64,000 nt of DNA from Balanoglossus misakiensis (taxonomy: Eukaryota; Animalia; Hemichordata): positions 434,001 to 498,000 of the forward strand of contig CM082598.2 of assembly GCA_040954595.2 (NCBI GenBank), in the 5' to 3' direction. The notes beneath the pieces are model-generated. The model made no database searches. It was not told the origin of the DNA and saw nothing but the letters and a program-made list of their open reading frames with translations. Positions within the stretch are counted from its first letter, which is position 1; each line of letters opens with the position of its first letter. The position numbers and the translations under genes are program-made. This document shows, one piece after another, positions 1 through 12,079 of the stretch.

Positions 1-122
1 ACTGTTTTCAATTTGAATTTTGCGTTGATTGATAAGGGCGAATTATTTCTTCCCCTTTGAACTTTGAAGAATGAGATGCAAATGGTTAAACTGTCTCTAT
101 TCTGATTCTCTTTTCTGTCCAG

Positions 123-764
123 GGTACCAGAGTTGTCAGCAATTTGAACCCCGAAAAGGTTGTTGATTTCATGGAAGTTGTCATGGCCAACCAATACAGA
201 ATTGGTCGCGCCCCATGCACCGTCAGTGATCTGGAATTGATGGAATTGTTGACCGATCTGGCTGTTGAATTGGGAGTTGACCGTGACCGATTCTACGTCC
301 AGTTTGCCAACCCACACACCACCAACCACTGCAAACAGAAGTGGAAGTCTAGCATTGCAGGTAATGTACCGATTTCTTTTTTCTGTGCTTGTCTCTTCAT
401 TTTGGGACTTCCTCCCTCCCTCCCTGTCTGTCTGTCTGTCTGTCAGCTACCACAATTTACGGACTTGAAAAGTAACCATTGATGAATAATTTTACAGATG
501 GCGTCTACGGATCACCATGGTTCCTGGTTAACGGTGTAACAGTCCTCAACTGGCACAAATCCTGGACTGAGGAGAACTGGAAGACCCACATCGATTATCT
601 GATCAACCCACCACCATCTGGAGAGGTGTGTAGCTGGTTCTATTAACAAAAAGAGTTAAAAGTATTTGAACCTTTTCTTTAAAATGTTAGAATAAATGAA
701 AACATCTGCTATAACATATTGATTTTGGCTTTTACAGTTCACCACCCCAGGAATTATGTGGTAA
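123..764 (+). CDS. Secreted DsbA/Thioredoxin_4-like protein, paralog A (5'-partial; exon 1 lies upstream of the window)
   Basis: Exons 123-360, 498-625 and 738-764 with GT-AG introns splice in frame: GTRVVSNLNPEKVVDF...HCKQKWKSSIA/DGVYGSPWFLVNG...INPPPSGE/FTTPGIMW*. GVYGSPWFxVNG is the DsbA-type cis-Pro loop motif. Same exon sizes as paralogs B and D. AATAAA at 1030-1035. Confidence 0.85.
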
Positions 765-2873
765 TTTGAAGAACGACAGAAGAGATTACGTCATTAGCAA
801 GCGCAGATCAAGAATCCAAATCAGCCAATCGGTGACCTCGAAATTCTACAAGGTCCGCCTCATGTCACCTAGCAACAGCGACGACCAATCAGTGAAAGTG
901 AAAGTGAATTGACATGTACATGAAATTTGAGACTTCCCTTTTGAAATATAAATGAGATTTGTTTGTAACCTGAGGACATTACAACCTCAGGCTAACAATC
1001 TGTCACTTCTTAATACGACGTCGTGATAAAATAAATGCTTTAACTGTATTTGTTCGTTGTTTCTTGTATTTTGTTCTCTGGTGTTTTACACGCATTTCAC
1101 ATTTGGGACACAAACCTAGTGATTGATGACTGATTGATCACACAAAACATATCTTGATTGAAACCCCATGAGCTGCCAAACTTCACATATTTTTTTCCAC
1201 AGTAAAGCACTTCAAATCTTCTCCCTATCCTTTAGAACCCGTAGCCTTACCATGATTGCCGCATTACATGTATTTGCACCAGTTTGTCATCTCTTGGTGC
1301 AGCATACAACGATAGCTGTGTACTGTTTGTATGGAGGCTGATTAAATCGGTGTGGCACCTGTTTAATACAGAGCGTGTTCAAATTGCAACATACAGGAAG
1401 AATCGATGGATTTTACTCGATACATGGCTTTGGTAGACATGTTCCTCTGGTCAGATTTTGTCATGATTGGCCTTGATGGGTTTTTGATTTTTGGCCAAAG
1501 TTCTTCACTTGTAAGTTCCTGGTCAGTCAGATTTGAGGGACTGTGGTCAGATTCTGTGCTGTATACATCAGACTCACTGATAAGCAATTTCATTGGACGG
1601 GTATATTATGGTCAAATGTAACATCAGACCTGATTGGCTGCCTGCTCATTTTTCTCAACTTAGTGTGACATATTTGGAGATTTGATTGCATGATTGTATT
1701 TGTTAATGACTTTATCACATGATGGATGTGCAAGTGTTGAAAAATCTTTACCGCAATTTCGAGACCTTTTTTTCATAACCACGGTGGTCTTAAAACCAAT
1801 AAAACCACTATTTAGTTAATAATCAAGCAATCAGCGCCTAATGGCAAAGCGGACTGACGACACTCTTTCAAAGTTGGCCTTCATTGAACTGGAGACCTAT
1901 AGCCTTCGAAGTAATCTTACAGTTACAGGCTCAAGTATTTACATGTACATAATATGATGGATATGCAATTAAAAATTATTTTCATGTACCACGTGAACAT
2001 CCCTCTGTGAGGTTAACATGCTTTCACATATATTTTAAATCTAATATCCAAAGACAAAATAATATTTTCAGGTGAGAGTCTAATGGCGAATAATTTCATG
2101 GGTAAAATATGATATCCAATCCCTGATAATTATAGTTCCATCGGGTCGCAGAAGGAAGTTACTATTTTTGTCGACGGCATGGTTCTTTCCGAAAACAGCC
2201 CTAAACTGATGACGTTTCACAAATATGTACAACAATGGGCCATGATATAATGACATGACTTTATTTAGCCATATGGTGTCCTCTGGGCAGATGTTTTGGA
2301 TCTGTTTGGGGGACACATCTGTCTTCAAAATAATTCATATGTCATGACTTTATCACGTGTGTAGTCCAACAGAGCCCTGAAGAAACAAACTCGCTAACTT
2401 TTGATATTATACACATTTTTACTTTTTCACTATGTCTGATGTTTCTGAAACAAAACTGGGAATGTTGTCACAAATGAATGACTCTTTTATTTAAGTCATT
2501 TTCGTAACCTACAATATTTTGATACTGCTGTTATTACCATTTTACAAACAGGAAAAAAAGATGTCATGCGAAGCGTTTGATGAAGTCAAAGTCATAGACT
2601 CGGTCATTGATAGAAAAGTGATCTGAACCGAAATTTCGAAGTACAATTTCAAGATAAAACTTTCTTGTGATGGAATCAATCCCCACGTTTAACACGACAC
2701 TTAAACATCATGCCATCAAACGATTCTTTCTGTTTTAATTCTAATACCATACTTCCATATCGTCGGTATTTGACACTTCTGAATTTAGATGAAAGCCATA
2801 AGGCAAACATACTGACGTCTGGATGAGACAATTTTAAGAAAACCATCTGGGTACTGATCAATAGGTGATAACA

Positions 2874-2995
2874 GGAGGGCGGGGCAAATGTGGGTGTGTC
2901 CTGGCAGCCATCAGGTCTGCACACACCTTTTTTCTATATTGGTGTTTTTGGTAAATGAATGATAATATATTCATAGGAATTACACTATATATACT
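2874..2995 (+). promoter_or_regulatory. Putative core promoter of paralog B (GC box and TATA-like element)
   Basis: GGGCGGGGC near 2877-2885 and TATATATA near 2986-2993, about 85 nt upstream of the ATG. Similar GC-box/TATA pairs precede paralogs C and D. Confidence 0.35.
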
Positions 2996-3072
2996 CTGTG
3001 TAGTATTGGTTCTGTACACAGAATCAATTCTAGGTCTGGTATCGATCTGAACTGATCTCTCAGTCACAGAAA

Positions 3073-4306
3073 ATGTTGAAGTGTTGTATTTTCGCGGTCC
3101 TCGTGGCCACCGTCGCCGCCAGCAACTTCTACCAGATCCACAACCCCAGACAAAGCTTCGGTTATGTCTACAACAACGGTAGTGTTGACGCTACAGTTAA
3201 GATCGAGATGTACATGGGACTGCAATGTGAAGACGCAGCGAACGCCGTGCCTGCTCTCAGAGCAGCCGTTGACAAGTACGGCAAAGACGTTGTCCAACTG
3301 AAATTCCATGTTTTCCCACTGCCATACTTCACTGGAGATTTCCTTTCTTGCAAGGTAAGAATGTGTTATTAGTATACACTCCACAAATTCTTGGTTAGCC
3401 CATAGTTTTTGTATTTCACGATTTTTTCACCATATAGTTGTCCATTCCAACAAATGTCATCCACCAATGTTGCTATTCTTAAATTCCCTTTTTTTTCTCT
3501 CCAAAGGGTACCCGTGTGGTCAGCAACTTGAACCCCGAAAAGGTCACCGAATTTATGCAGAGTGTTATGATGAACCAATACAGAATTGGACGTGCCCCAT
3601 GCACCATCACTGATCTGGAATTGATGGAATTGTTGACCGATCTTGCTGTTGAATTGGGAGTTGACCGTGACCGATTCTACGTCCAGTTTGCCAACCCACA
3701 CACCACCAACCACTGCAAACAACAATGGAAGGCACATATTGCATGTGAGTTAATGAAATTGTATCCTGTGTTCCCCCTTGTATGATCAATTGTTCGCTTA
3801 TCTTTACTTTTCCAGTCAATAAATTGACCACAGCGTTCTTTTTCGTGTCTCATTCCTGTCCATGGTCTCGGCTTCAGATATTTGACTCACACTGTTGAAA
3901 TCGCAGCCTACAGAGCGATTGTCTAACTTGTGTTTTATTCCTATTACAGCTGGTGTTTATGGATCACCATGGTTCAAAGTCAACGGTGTACAAGTTGCCG
4001 ACTGGAACCCCACCTGGACCAAGAAGGATTGGGGAGAACTTATTGAGTTTCTGATCAACCCACCACCAGCAGGAGAGGTGAGTATCATTTATTAGATTTA
4101 AATGACTTGTACTTTTTTACCAAAATATACACGGCCACTGTGAATCACACTGTCAAGTTTTTTTTCTGAACTGCAAGTTTGTTATTACAAGTAACTATCT
4201 TTTCTGTGCACCAAGTCAAGTCTCTTCTTCTCCCAATCCTCATAAGTTGCTTAATTCCATGTTCATTTTGCCATTTCAGTTCACAACCCCAGGAATTATG
4301 TGGTAG
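3073..4306 (+). CDS. Secreted DsbA/Thioredoxin_4-like protein, paralog B (224 aa)
   Basis: Exons 3073-3354, 3507-3744, 3950-4077 and 4280-4306 total 675 nt and are all GT-AG. Signal peptide MLKCCIFAVLVATVAA. Motifs IEMYMGLQCEDA (equivalent of the DPxCPDS site), HVFPLPYF and GVYGSPWFKVNG. AATAAA at 4568-4573. Confidence 0.88.
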
Positions 4307-4861
4307 AGAAAAAAAACCCAAACATGCAAAGATGGGAAGTGACGTCACAAGTTCTGTGCAACATCAAGATCCAACGGAAACACGTCATTCGATTTTTTTT
4401 GTATTTTATCACGTGATTGTATGTTTCATTTGGCGGTAAAGCATTTTGTTAGAATTTAAGACTCGGATTGGCTAGACTTCATATTTGTATCTCGCTTGCA
4501 ATGACAAAGATTTGATAAGCTCATGTAACTGTCAATGAGAATTTCAATTTCTCAGACACGACGTCGTAATAAAAGAAACTTTTCTCTGTCAATAATTATG
4601 TCTGTCGTTAATTCCTGCCATTTTTTGTGCACTTTCCAGGCAATTCATCTTTTAGCCAGTGCCTCCCACTTTCTCAATTCTATCCCTGTCCCTGGCACTT
4701 ATCCCTATCTCTGGCTCTAACTGGAAATTCCCATACGGAAAACGTCTACTCTCCAATGCCGTTTTCCGGGGAAAAAACATGGCATTCTAAGACAAGCCTC
4801 GGTCTGTGTGTGTGTGTAGAGGAGGGGGGGGGGAGATATTGTGCACAAGTGCTGGTCAGAT

Positions 4862-4920
4862 TTGTCATTTTTTGATCATTTTCATGAGCTATACCCCATG
4901 AAAAATGTCCCAAAATGACA
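4862..4920 (-). repeat. Single inverted partial copy of the 87-bp satellite 1 unit
   Basis: The reverse complement reads tgtcattttgggacatttttcatggggtatagctcatgaaaatgatcaaaaaatgac, matching the unit of the 5880-7530 array. Confidence 0.7.
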
Positions 4921-5274
4921 TGAAATGGCCAAAGCACTTTGATACTCTGGTCAGTCTGGTGTGATGCTAATTTCCAAATGTCTGGTGTTACCATTTGTGC
5001 TTGGAAGGTGTTTACCATATGTGCTTCGAAACTATACAGGATTATGGTTTAAGAATGTCAGTGAAGTTAAATTAAAGCACGACATTGATCAGGCGATTTT
5101 TATTTTCATTTTATTGAATAGGAGTGGACCATTAGATATCCTAGCTGGTAACTTGGAAGGATTCATTCAGCAGAACATGACAGCACCGCAGGGAACGGCC
5201 GACATCTTTCAGTTGCAGAAATTCTAATTCCACTTGGTAAGCTTCCATTTCTTTTGTTGTACGTATTCGTGCTT

Positions 5275-5559
5275 TTAAAGCGGGTAGCTCGTCTCACGCG
5301 CATACGCGTAACTTCCCAGCAAATTTTCCGTTCGATGCATTCAAATAGTGGACTGCCTTCGCTTCCTTCCATATTTCATGCGCACTGTATAAGCAGATTC
5401 TCGTTTTGTCCCTCCTTTTCACCCAAGCTAGTGTCTTTTCCCCTGATCTCCGACACAGATTATGTGTGAGCACTGCCTTATGGGATTGACTGTTCACTAA
5501 ATGTCTGTAACCAACGGCTACAGTTGGAACATGCGTGTGAGACGAGCTACGCGCTTTAA
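5275..5559. mobile_element. TTAA-flanked MITE (Kolobok-like non-autonomous DNA transposon), family K1
   Basis: TTAA|AGCGGGTAGCTCGTCTCACGCGCAT ... ATGCGTGTGAGACGAGCTACGCGCT|TTAA: ~25-bp imperfect TIRs. The internal sequence cattcaaatagtggactgccttcgcttccttcca is shared with the copy at 59305-59626. Confidence 0.75.
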
Positions 5560-5879
5560 TTTAAAATGATCCAAAGAGGTTTGGCCGGATAGAGTACATT
5601 TTTGACAGGCTGTCAATGATTTGATAAACTGGTGCATACCTGGACCTTTTAAGTCAAATAGGAGTTCTAGTAAAACTAGACTGTACCAAATGTTCACGGG
5701 CAACCCAGACACGATGAAAGGATTCGTAATAGTAAACAGCACATTTCAAACAAAACTTCTCACTGATTTACTTACCTGGTCATACCCCCTCCCCACTTCA
5801 TTTGAAAGACCAATTTCGTGTCAACCGCTTTGTATCGCAGTGCTCCGCGTATACGTTTACTGTAAGAGGGAGTGATTTT

Positions 5880-7530
5880 ATCATTTCTGGACATTTTTCA
5901 TGGGTCATAGCTCATGAAAATTGTCCAAAAATGACCATTTCCCGACTTTGAGAATTTTGGTGATGTGGTCATTTCTGGACATTTTTCATGGGTCATAGCT
6001 CATGAAAATTGTCCAAAAATGACCATTTCCCGACTTTGAGAATTTTGGTGATGTGGTCATTTCTGGACATTTTTCATGGGTTATAGCCCATGAAAATTGT
6101 CAAAAAATGACCATTTCCCGACTTTGAGAATTTTGGTGATGTGGTCATTTCTGGACATTTTTCATGGGTTAAAGCCCATGAAAATTGTCAAAAAATGACC
6201 ATTTCCCGAATTTGAGAATTTTGGTGATTGGGTCATTTCTGGACATTTTTCATGGGTTATAGCTCATGAAAATTGTCAAAAAATGACCATTTCCCGACTT
6301 TGAGAATTTTGGTGATGTGGTCATTTCTGGACATTTTTCATGGGTTATAGCCCATGAAAATTGTCAAAAAATGACCATTTCCAGACTTTGAGAATTTTGG
6401 TGATGTGGTCATTTCTGGACATTTTTCATGGGTTATAGCCCATGAAAATTGTCAAAAAATGACCATTTCCCGACTTTGAGAATTTTGGTGATTGGGTCAT
6501 TTCTGGACATTTTTCATGGGTTATAGCTCATGAAAATTGTCAAAAAATGACCATTTCCCGACTTTGAGGATTTTGGTGATGTGGTCATTTCTGGACATTT
6601 TTCATGGGTTATAGCCCATGAAAATTGTCAAAAAATGACCATTTCCAGACTTTGAGAACTTTGGTGATTTTGTCATCTCTGGACATTTTTCATGGGTTAT
6701 AGCTCATGAAAATTGTCAAAAAATGACCATTTCCCGAATTTGAGAATTTTGGTGATTGGGTCATTTCTGGACATTTTTCATGGGTTATAGCTCATGAAAA
6801 TTGTCAAAAAATGACCATTTCCCGACTTTGAGAATTTTGGTGATGTGGTCATTTCTGGACATTTTTCATGGGTTATAGCCCATGAAAATTGTCCAAAAAT
6901 GACCATTTCCCGACTTTGAGAATTTTGGTGATGTGGTCATTTCTGGACATTTTTCATGGGTTATAGCCCATGAAAATTGTCAAAAAATGACCATTTCCCG
7001 ACTTTGAGAATTTTGGTGATGTGGTCATTTCTGGACATTTTTCATGGGTTATAGCCCATGAAAATTGTCAAAAAATGACCATTTCTCGACTTTGAGAATT
7101 TTGGTGATGTGGTCATTTCTGGATATTTTTCATGGGTTATAGGCCATGAAAATTGTCAAAAAATGACCATTTCCCGACTTTGAGAATTTTGGTGATGTGG
7201 TCATTTCTGGACATTTTTCATGGGTCATAGCTCATGAAAATTGTCAAAAAATAATGATTACTTGACTTTGGGAATTTTGGTGATTTTGTCATCTTTGGAC
7301 ATCTTTCATGGGTTATAGCTCATGAAAATTGTGAAAAAGTGACCATTTCCCGACTTTGAGAATTTTGGTGATCTTGTCATTTCTGGACATTTTTCATGGG
7401 CGACTTTGGGAATTTTGGTGATTTTGTCATTTCTGGACATTTTTCATGGGTTATAGCTCATGAACATTGTCAAAAAATAATGATTACTTGACTTTGTGAA
7501 TTTTGGTGATCTTGTCATTTTTGGACATGT
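5880..7530 (+). repeat. Satellite 1: ~19 tandem copies of an 87-bp unit with an internal palindrome
   Basis: Unit tcatttctggacatttttcatgggttatagcccatgaaaattgtcaaaaaatgaccatttcccgactttgagaattttggtgatgtgg recurs every 87 bp (5881, 5968, 6055...) and degenerates at the right end. Confidence 0.95.
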
Positions 7531-7884
7531 GGACATTAGAATAGATAGAAAGAGAGACAGACAATATGTTCTGCAGTGACTGGGGCTTGATGCGTTTATT
7601 TTCTGACGACGTCGTGTCAAATTAAAAAATACAGAATACAACTCGGGATGATTGTCATTATCTCATGATTCAATTTGGGTCTCAGACACAGGAAAGACAG
7701 AATTGTTGCAATTGTAATCTTCATTCTTTCTTGTTGGTTACTTGTGTTCTGCTTGAGGCATCGGCTTTCTTAACACTCCTGAAGAATTTCTTGTACACCA
7801 TTGGCTAGTTGGACTCAATATAGCGCGTATGAGTCATTGACGTCATTTCCCGTCATCTTTCCTAGAAGCACTCTCTCTCTCTCT

Positions 7885-9774
7885 CTACCACATAATACCT
7901 GGGGTGGTGAACTATAAAGACAAACAGGTCGTTATTGACGAGATTTTCACCAAATCATCATCTGCAAATACACAATCTCATATACATCAATGTCCTAATC
8001 GATTTTTGTAAGAATTTGATATAAAAAACTACTCACCTCTCCTTTGACTGGTGGAGCAAGCATCAGGTCGATCAAATCCATCCATTCATATTTGGTCCAG
8101 CTGGGATTCCAGTCCACGATGTGAACTCCGTTCAGTTTGAACCACGGTGAACCATACACGCCAGCTAGTGTGTGTGTGAAAAGAAGGTGTGTTACTTGTA
8201 TGTCACTTAATCATAAACAGTTGAGCCTATCACACAAACACTATCATTCATTCATTCATTCATTCATTCATTCATTCAGTCAGTCAGTCAGTCAGTCAGT
8301 CAGTCAGTCAGTCAGTCAGTCAGTCAGTCAATCCATCCATCCATCCATCCATCCATTCATTCATTCATTCGTTCGTTCGTTCATTCGTTCATTCATTCAT
8401 TCAATCAATCAATCATTCAGTCAGTCAGTCTGTCGGTCAGCCAGCCATCCACCCACCCACCCACCCATCCATCCGTCCATTCCTATATTCATTCATCCAT
8501 CTATCCATCCATTCATTCAGTCAGTCAGTCAGTCAGTCAGTCATTCAATCATTCATTCAGTCAGTCAGTCAGTCAGTCATTCAGTCAGTCAGTCAGTCAG
8601 TCATCCATTCACGCATGGTTCTTTCATGCACATTGACAATCTACCGGTACAGTCCTGTCATATCTTACATGCAATGTGTGACTTCCAAAGCTGTTTGCAG
8701 TAGTTGGTGGTGTGTGGGTTGGCAAACTGGACATAGAATCGGTCACGGTCAACTCCCAAATCTACAGCCAGATCTGTCAGCAATCTGTGAAGAAATTTGA
8801 ATGTATTAATATCAACAAATTAATATTCTCAGTATTTTTGTTTCAGGGATCAACAGTAACTTCTTGTTCTTCTTTTTGTTGTAATCAGCATTGTTGTTGA
8901 AAATTTATTTCAAGTACGGACTTGAATTCATTTTGTCAACGATAACAATATCCATTAGTCATGCACACGCTTTGTTGGAAAGCTAACGTTTTCTTTAGTA
9001 TGTTCATACGAAAAAATGTAGATGATAATAATTTAAATTTATACTTACTCCATCAATTCAAGGTCAGTGATGGTGCATGGTGCACGACCAATTCTGTATT
9101 GATTAGCCATAACTTCTTCCATGAAATCCACAACCTTCTCTGGCAGCAGGTTACTCACAACACGGGTACCCTAGGGTGGGGTGGGGGTGGGGGTGGGGGG
9201 AGGGGGTGAAGAAACAAAATAAGAGCATGAGACTTAATGAAATCTCAAATCCGCGAATGGAGTATGTGTTTTTGGACGATTGGTGTCTCAGTTTTTATAC
9301 AATCGTTCCATGAAACAACACCAAAAGAGGCATCAAAGTTGCGCAAAATTTCATGATGAGAAAGCATGAATTTTCACGTCCCTGGAGAAGCGTTGTATCC
9401 AACTTAGCTCTTTTCAGACCGTTTGCAGTATATTATAAGGAACCACACTTGCCCCTATGAATTGATAGGATATCTTAATTGCACAATACCTTGCATGAAA
9501 GGAAATCGCCGGTGAAGTATGGGAGAGGGAAAGGGTGGATGGTCAGTTTGACATCTTTGCCGTAAACTTTGACAGCAGATTTCAGGGCAGGCAGGGATTC
9601 GGCACCATCCTCACACTGCAGTCCCAAGTACATATCGATCTTGATTTTAGCGTCAACACTGCCGTTGTTGTAGACATAACCGAGGCTGGTTCTGGGGTTG
9701 TGGATCTGGTAGAAGTTGCCATAGTCGGCAGCAACGATGGCCACAAGGACCGCGAAAATACAATACTTCAGCAT
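7885..9774 (-). CDS. Secreted DsbA/Thioredoxin_4-like protein, paralog C (225 aa, five exons)
   Basis: Exons 9774-9490, 9170-9049, 8784-8669, 8164-8037 and 7911-7885, all GT-AG and in frame. MLKYCIFAVLVAIVAA signal peptide; LGLQCEDG, HPFPLPYF, GVYGSPWFKLNG and terminal FTTPGIMW*. AATAAA on the minus strand at 7595-7600. Confidence 0.87.
8243..8610. repeat. Compound tetranucleotide microsatellite (TTCA/GTCA/TCCA)n in an intron of paralog C
   Basis: Directly visible runs of ttca, gtca and tcca. Confidence 0.95.
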
Positions 9775-10997
9775 TTTGTGACTGAGATCAGATAAGACCA
9801 CTATCAGTTCTTGTAGTGACTTTCAATCAACGAAAACAGCAAATATGTACGTTACACGTCGTGCATATATTATAATTAATTACCTAAATCCATCAGGAGG
9901 CGGAGATTGGACAAATATAGAACTTTCACACAAGATGCACCAACTATTATCTGTTGGTATAAAAAGAACGCGTGTCTGATAGATCTGACCATTCAGGTAC
10001 CTCTATAATACGATAAAATATTTACTAATAATAATACACTTGATTGGCATTGACAGTTTTGACTTTTTACCCATATGGACACATTTTAAAATTGTTCTCG
10101 TGTCAGCAGTTCAACATATGGTTTGAGGGAATTCCGGTGAGCAAAGCATACTGTCATATGTCACGGGATTTTAATAAAATATGGTCAGCACATTCTTTGT
10201 CAATAATACAGTCTGTTATGTGCCAGGACTGTTTTATTGGCAATAAAGAATACACTCGTATGAAAGACACCTGTTTTTAGATCCAACCCCCCCCCCCCTG
10301 TACTTACCTTATACTTTTAAAGTAGCTTCTGTGGTTGAAACGTGTGTTATTTTAAGTACACAACCAGAGACTTTTCTTTATTGAAGTTTGTGCCAGAGAA
10401 TGTAGAATTTTGTTGCGTTTGTCAGCGTTTTTTGCCGTGATGAGTTCACATATCTATAACCCTTGATCTCGAATTGGTAGTCCGTCCACTGCCACCATCT
10501 TTGGAGATCCTTACGTTCACAGTTTGACGATTTGGCAAAAACGTAAGCATATGCCTTCTTCTTTCCATCGTTACCACATTTAGCATATTAGGTAGTTTTC
10601 TATTATTGCTAGAAATACATGTACAACAATAATGTGTGAACATAAGACAATAAGAAACAGTTGGTTTGAATCCAACACACTGTGAATCATGTATCAAAGC
10701 TGTTAGACCACGATATGTAGATCAGATGTGGGTAATTCATGTTACCATTTGGTCGTCCGCCGGTATCACTTTTTAAAATGTTGGTCTATTTTTAATGATA
10801 ACACATGTTCTCTGACCATACTGTAACGCCATCTTTTGATATTGTCTCCGCCCTCTTGAAGTGCTTTTCGGGATTTTTTAAAATAATTTATTATAAAATA
10901 TTCATAGTAGCCGCACTTTATAATCCCTGTGTTTTACCAAGTTCTTCACACACTGAACATTTTGACAAGTGATCTGAAGCGGTCTAAGTCAGACACC

Positions 10998-12079
10998 ATG
11001 TTGAAACTTTGTCTGTTTGCGCTCGTCGTGGCGTCGGTCAGCGCCAGCAGTTTCTATCAGATCCATTACCCAAGAAGCCCTTGGGGTTACCGATACAAAG
11101 AAGGCAGTCAGAATGCTCCAATCAAGATCGATATGTTTTTCGGTCTGCAATGCGAGGATGCAAGAGACTCCTATCCTATTATCAAGAATGTTGCCGATCA
11201 CTATGGTCCAGGAGTTGTTGAGCTGAACTTCCATATTTTCCCTCTCCCATACTTTTCCGGAGATTTTCTTTCATGCAAGGTGAGTTTGACTGGAAACAAC
11301 TTACTGTTTTCAATTTGAATTTTGCGTTGATCGATCAGGGCGAATTATTGCTTCCCCTTTGAACTTTGAAGGATGAGATGCAAATGGTTAAACTGTCTCT
11401 ATTCTGATTCTCTTTTCTGTCCAGGGTACCAGAGTTGTCAGCAATTTGAACCCCGAAAAGGTTGTTGACTTCATGGAAGTTGTCATGGCCAACCAATACA
11501 GAATTGGTCGTGCCCCATGCACTGTCAGTGATCTGGAATTGATGGAATTGTTGACCGATCTCGCTGTTGAATTGGGAGTTGACCGTGACCGATTCTACGT
11601 CCAGTTTGCCAACCCACACACCACCAACCACTGCAAACAGAAGTGGAAGTCTAGCATCGCAGGTAATGTACCGATTTCTTTTTCCTGTGTTTGTCTCTTC
11701 ATTTTGGGACTTCCTCCCTCCCTCCCTGTCTGTCTGTCTGTCTGTCTGCCTGCCTGCCTGTCTGTCAGCTACCACGATTTACGGACTTGAAAAGTAACCA
11801 TTGATGAATAATTTTACAGATGGCGTCTACGGATCACCATGGTTCCTGGTTAACGGTGTAACTGTCCTCAACTGGCACAAATCCTGGACTGAGGAGAACT
11901 GGAAGACCCACATCGATTATCTCATCAACCCACCACCATCTGGAGAGGTGCGTAGCCCAAAAATGTTTTTGTTTTGAAAGATAACAGTACGATCCCTGAA
12001 GAAATCTTTTATATGTTTGTGGATTATAAATTTCTTTTTATATCTGTTTCAGTTCACCACCCCAGGTATTATGTGGTAG
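10998..12079 (+). CDS. Secreted DsbA/Thioredoxin_4-like protein, paralog D (224 aa)
   Basis: Exons 10998-11279, 11425-11662, 11820-11947 and 12053-12079. MLKLCLFALVVASVSA signal peptide; IDMFFGLQCEDARDSYP, HIFPLPYF, GVYGSPWFLVNG, FTTPGIMW*. AATAAA at 12302-12307. Confidence 0.88.

Noticed and set aside
8137-8703. 188-aa ORF rich in HSFI/QSVS
   Set aside because: Translation of a tetranucleotide microsatellite in an intron of paralog C.
3064-11775. Antisense ORFs over the thioredoxin-like exons (e.g. 3064-3384, 9535-9795, 11335-11775)
   Set aside because: Shadow frames of the real coding exons.
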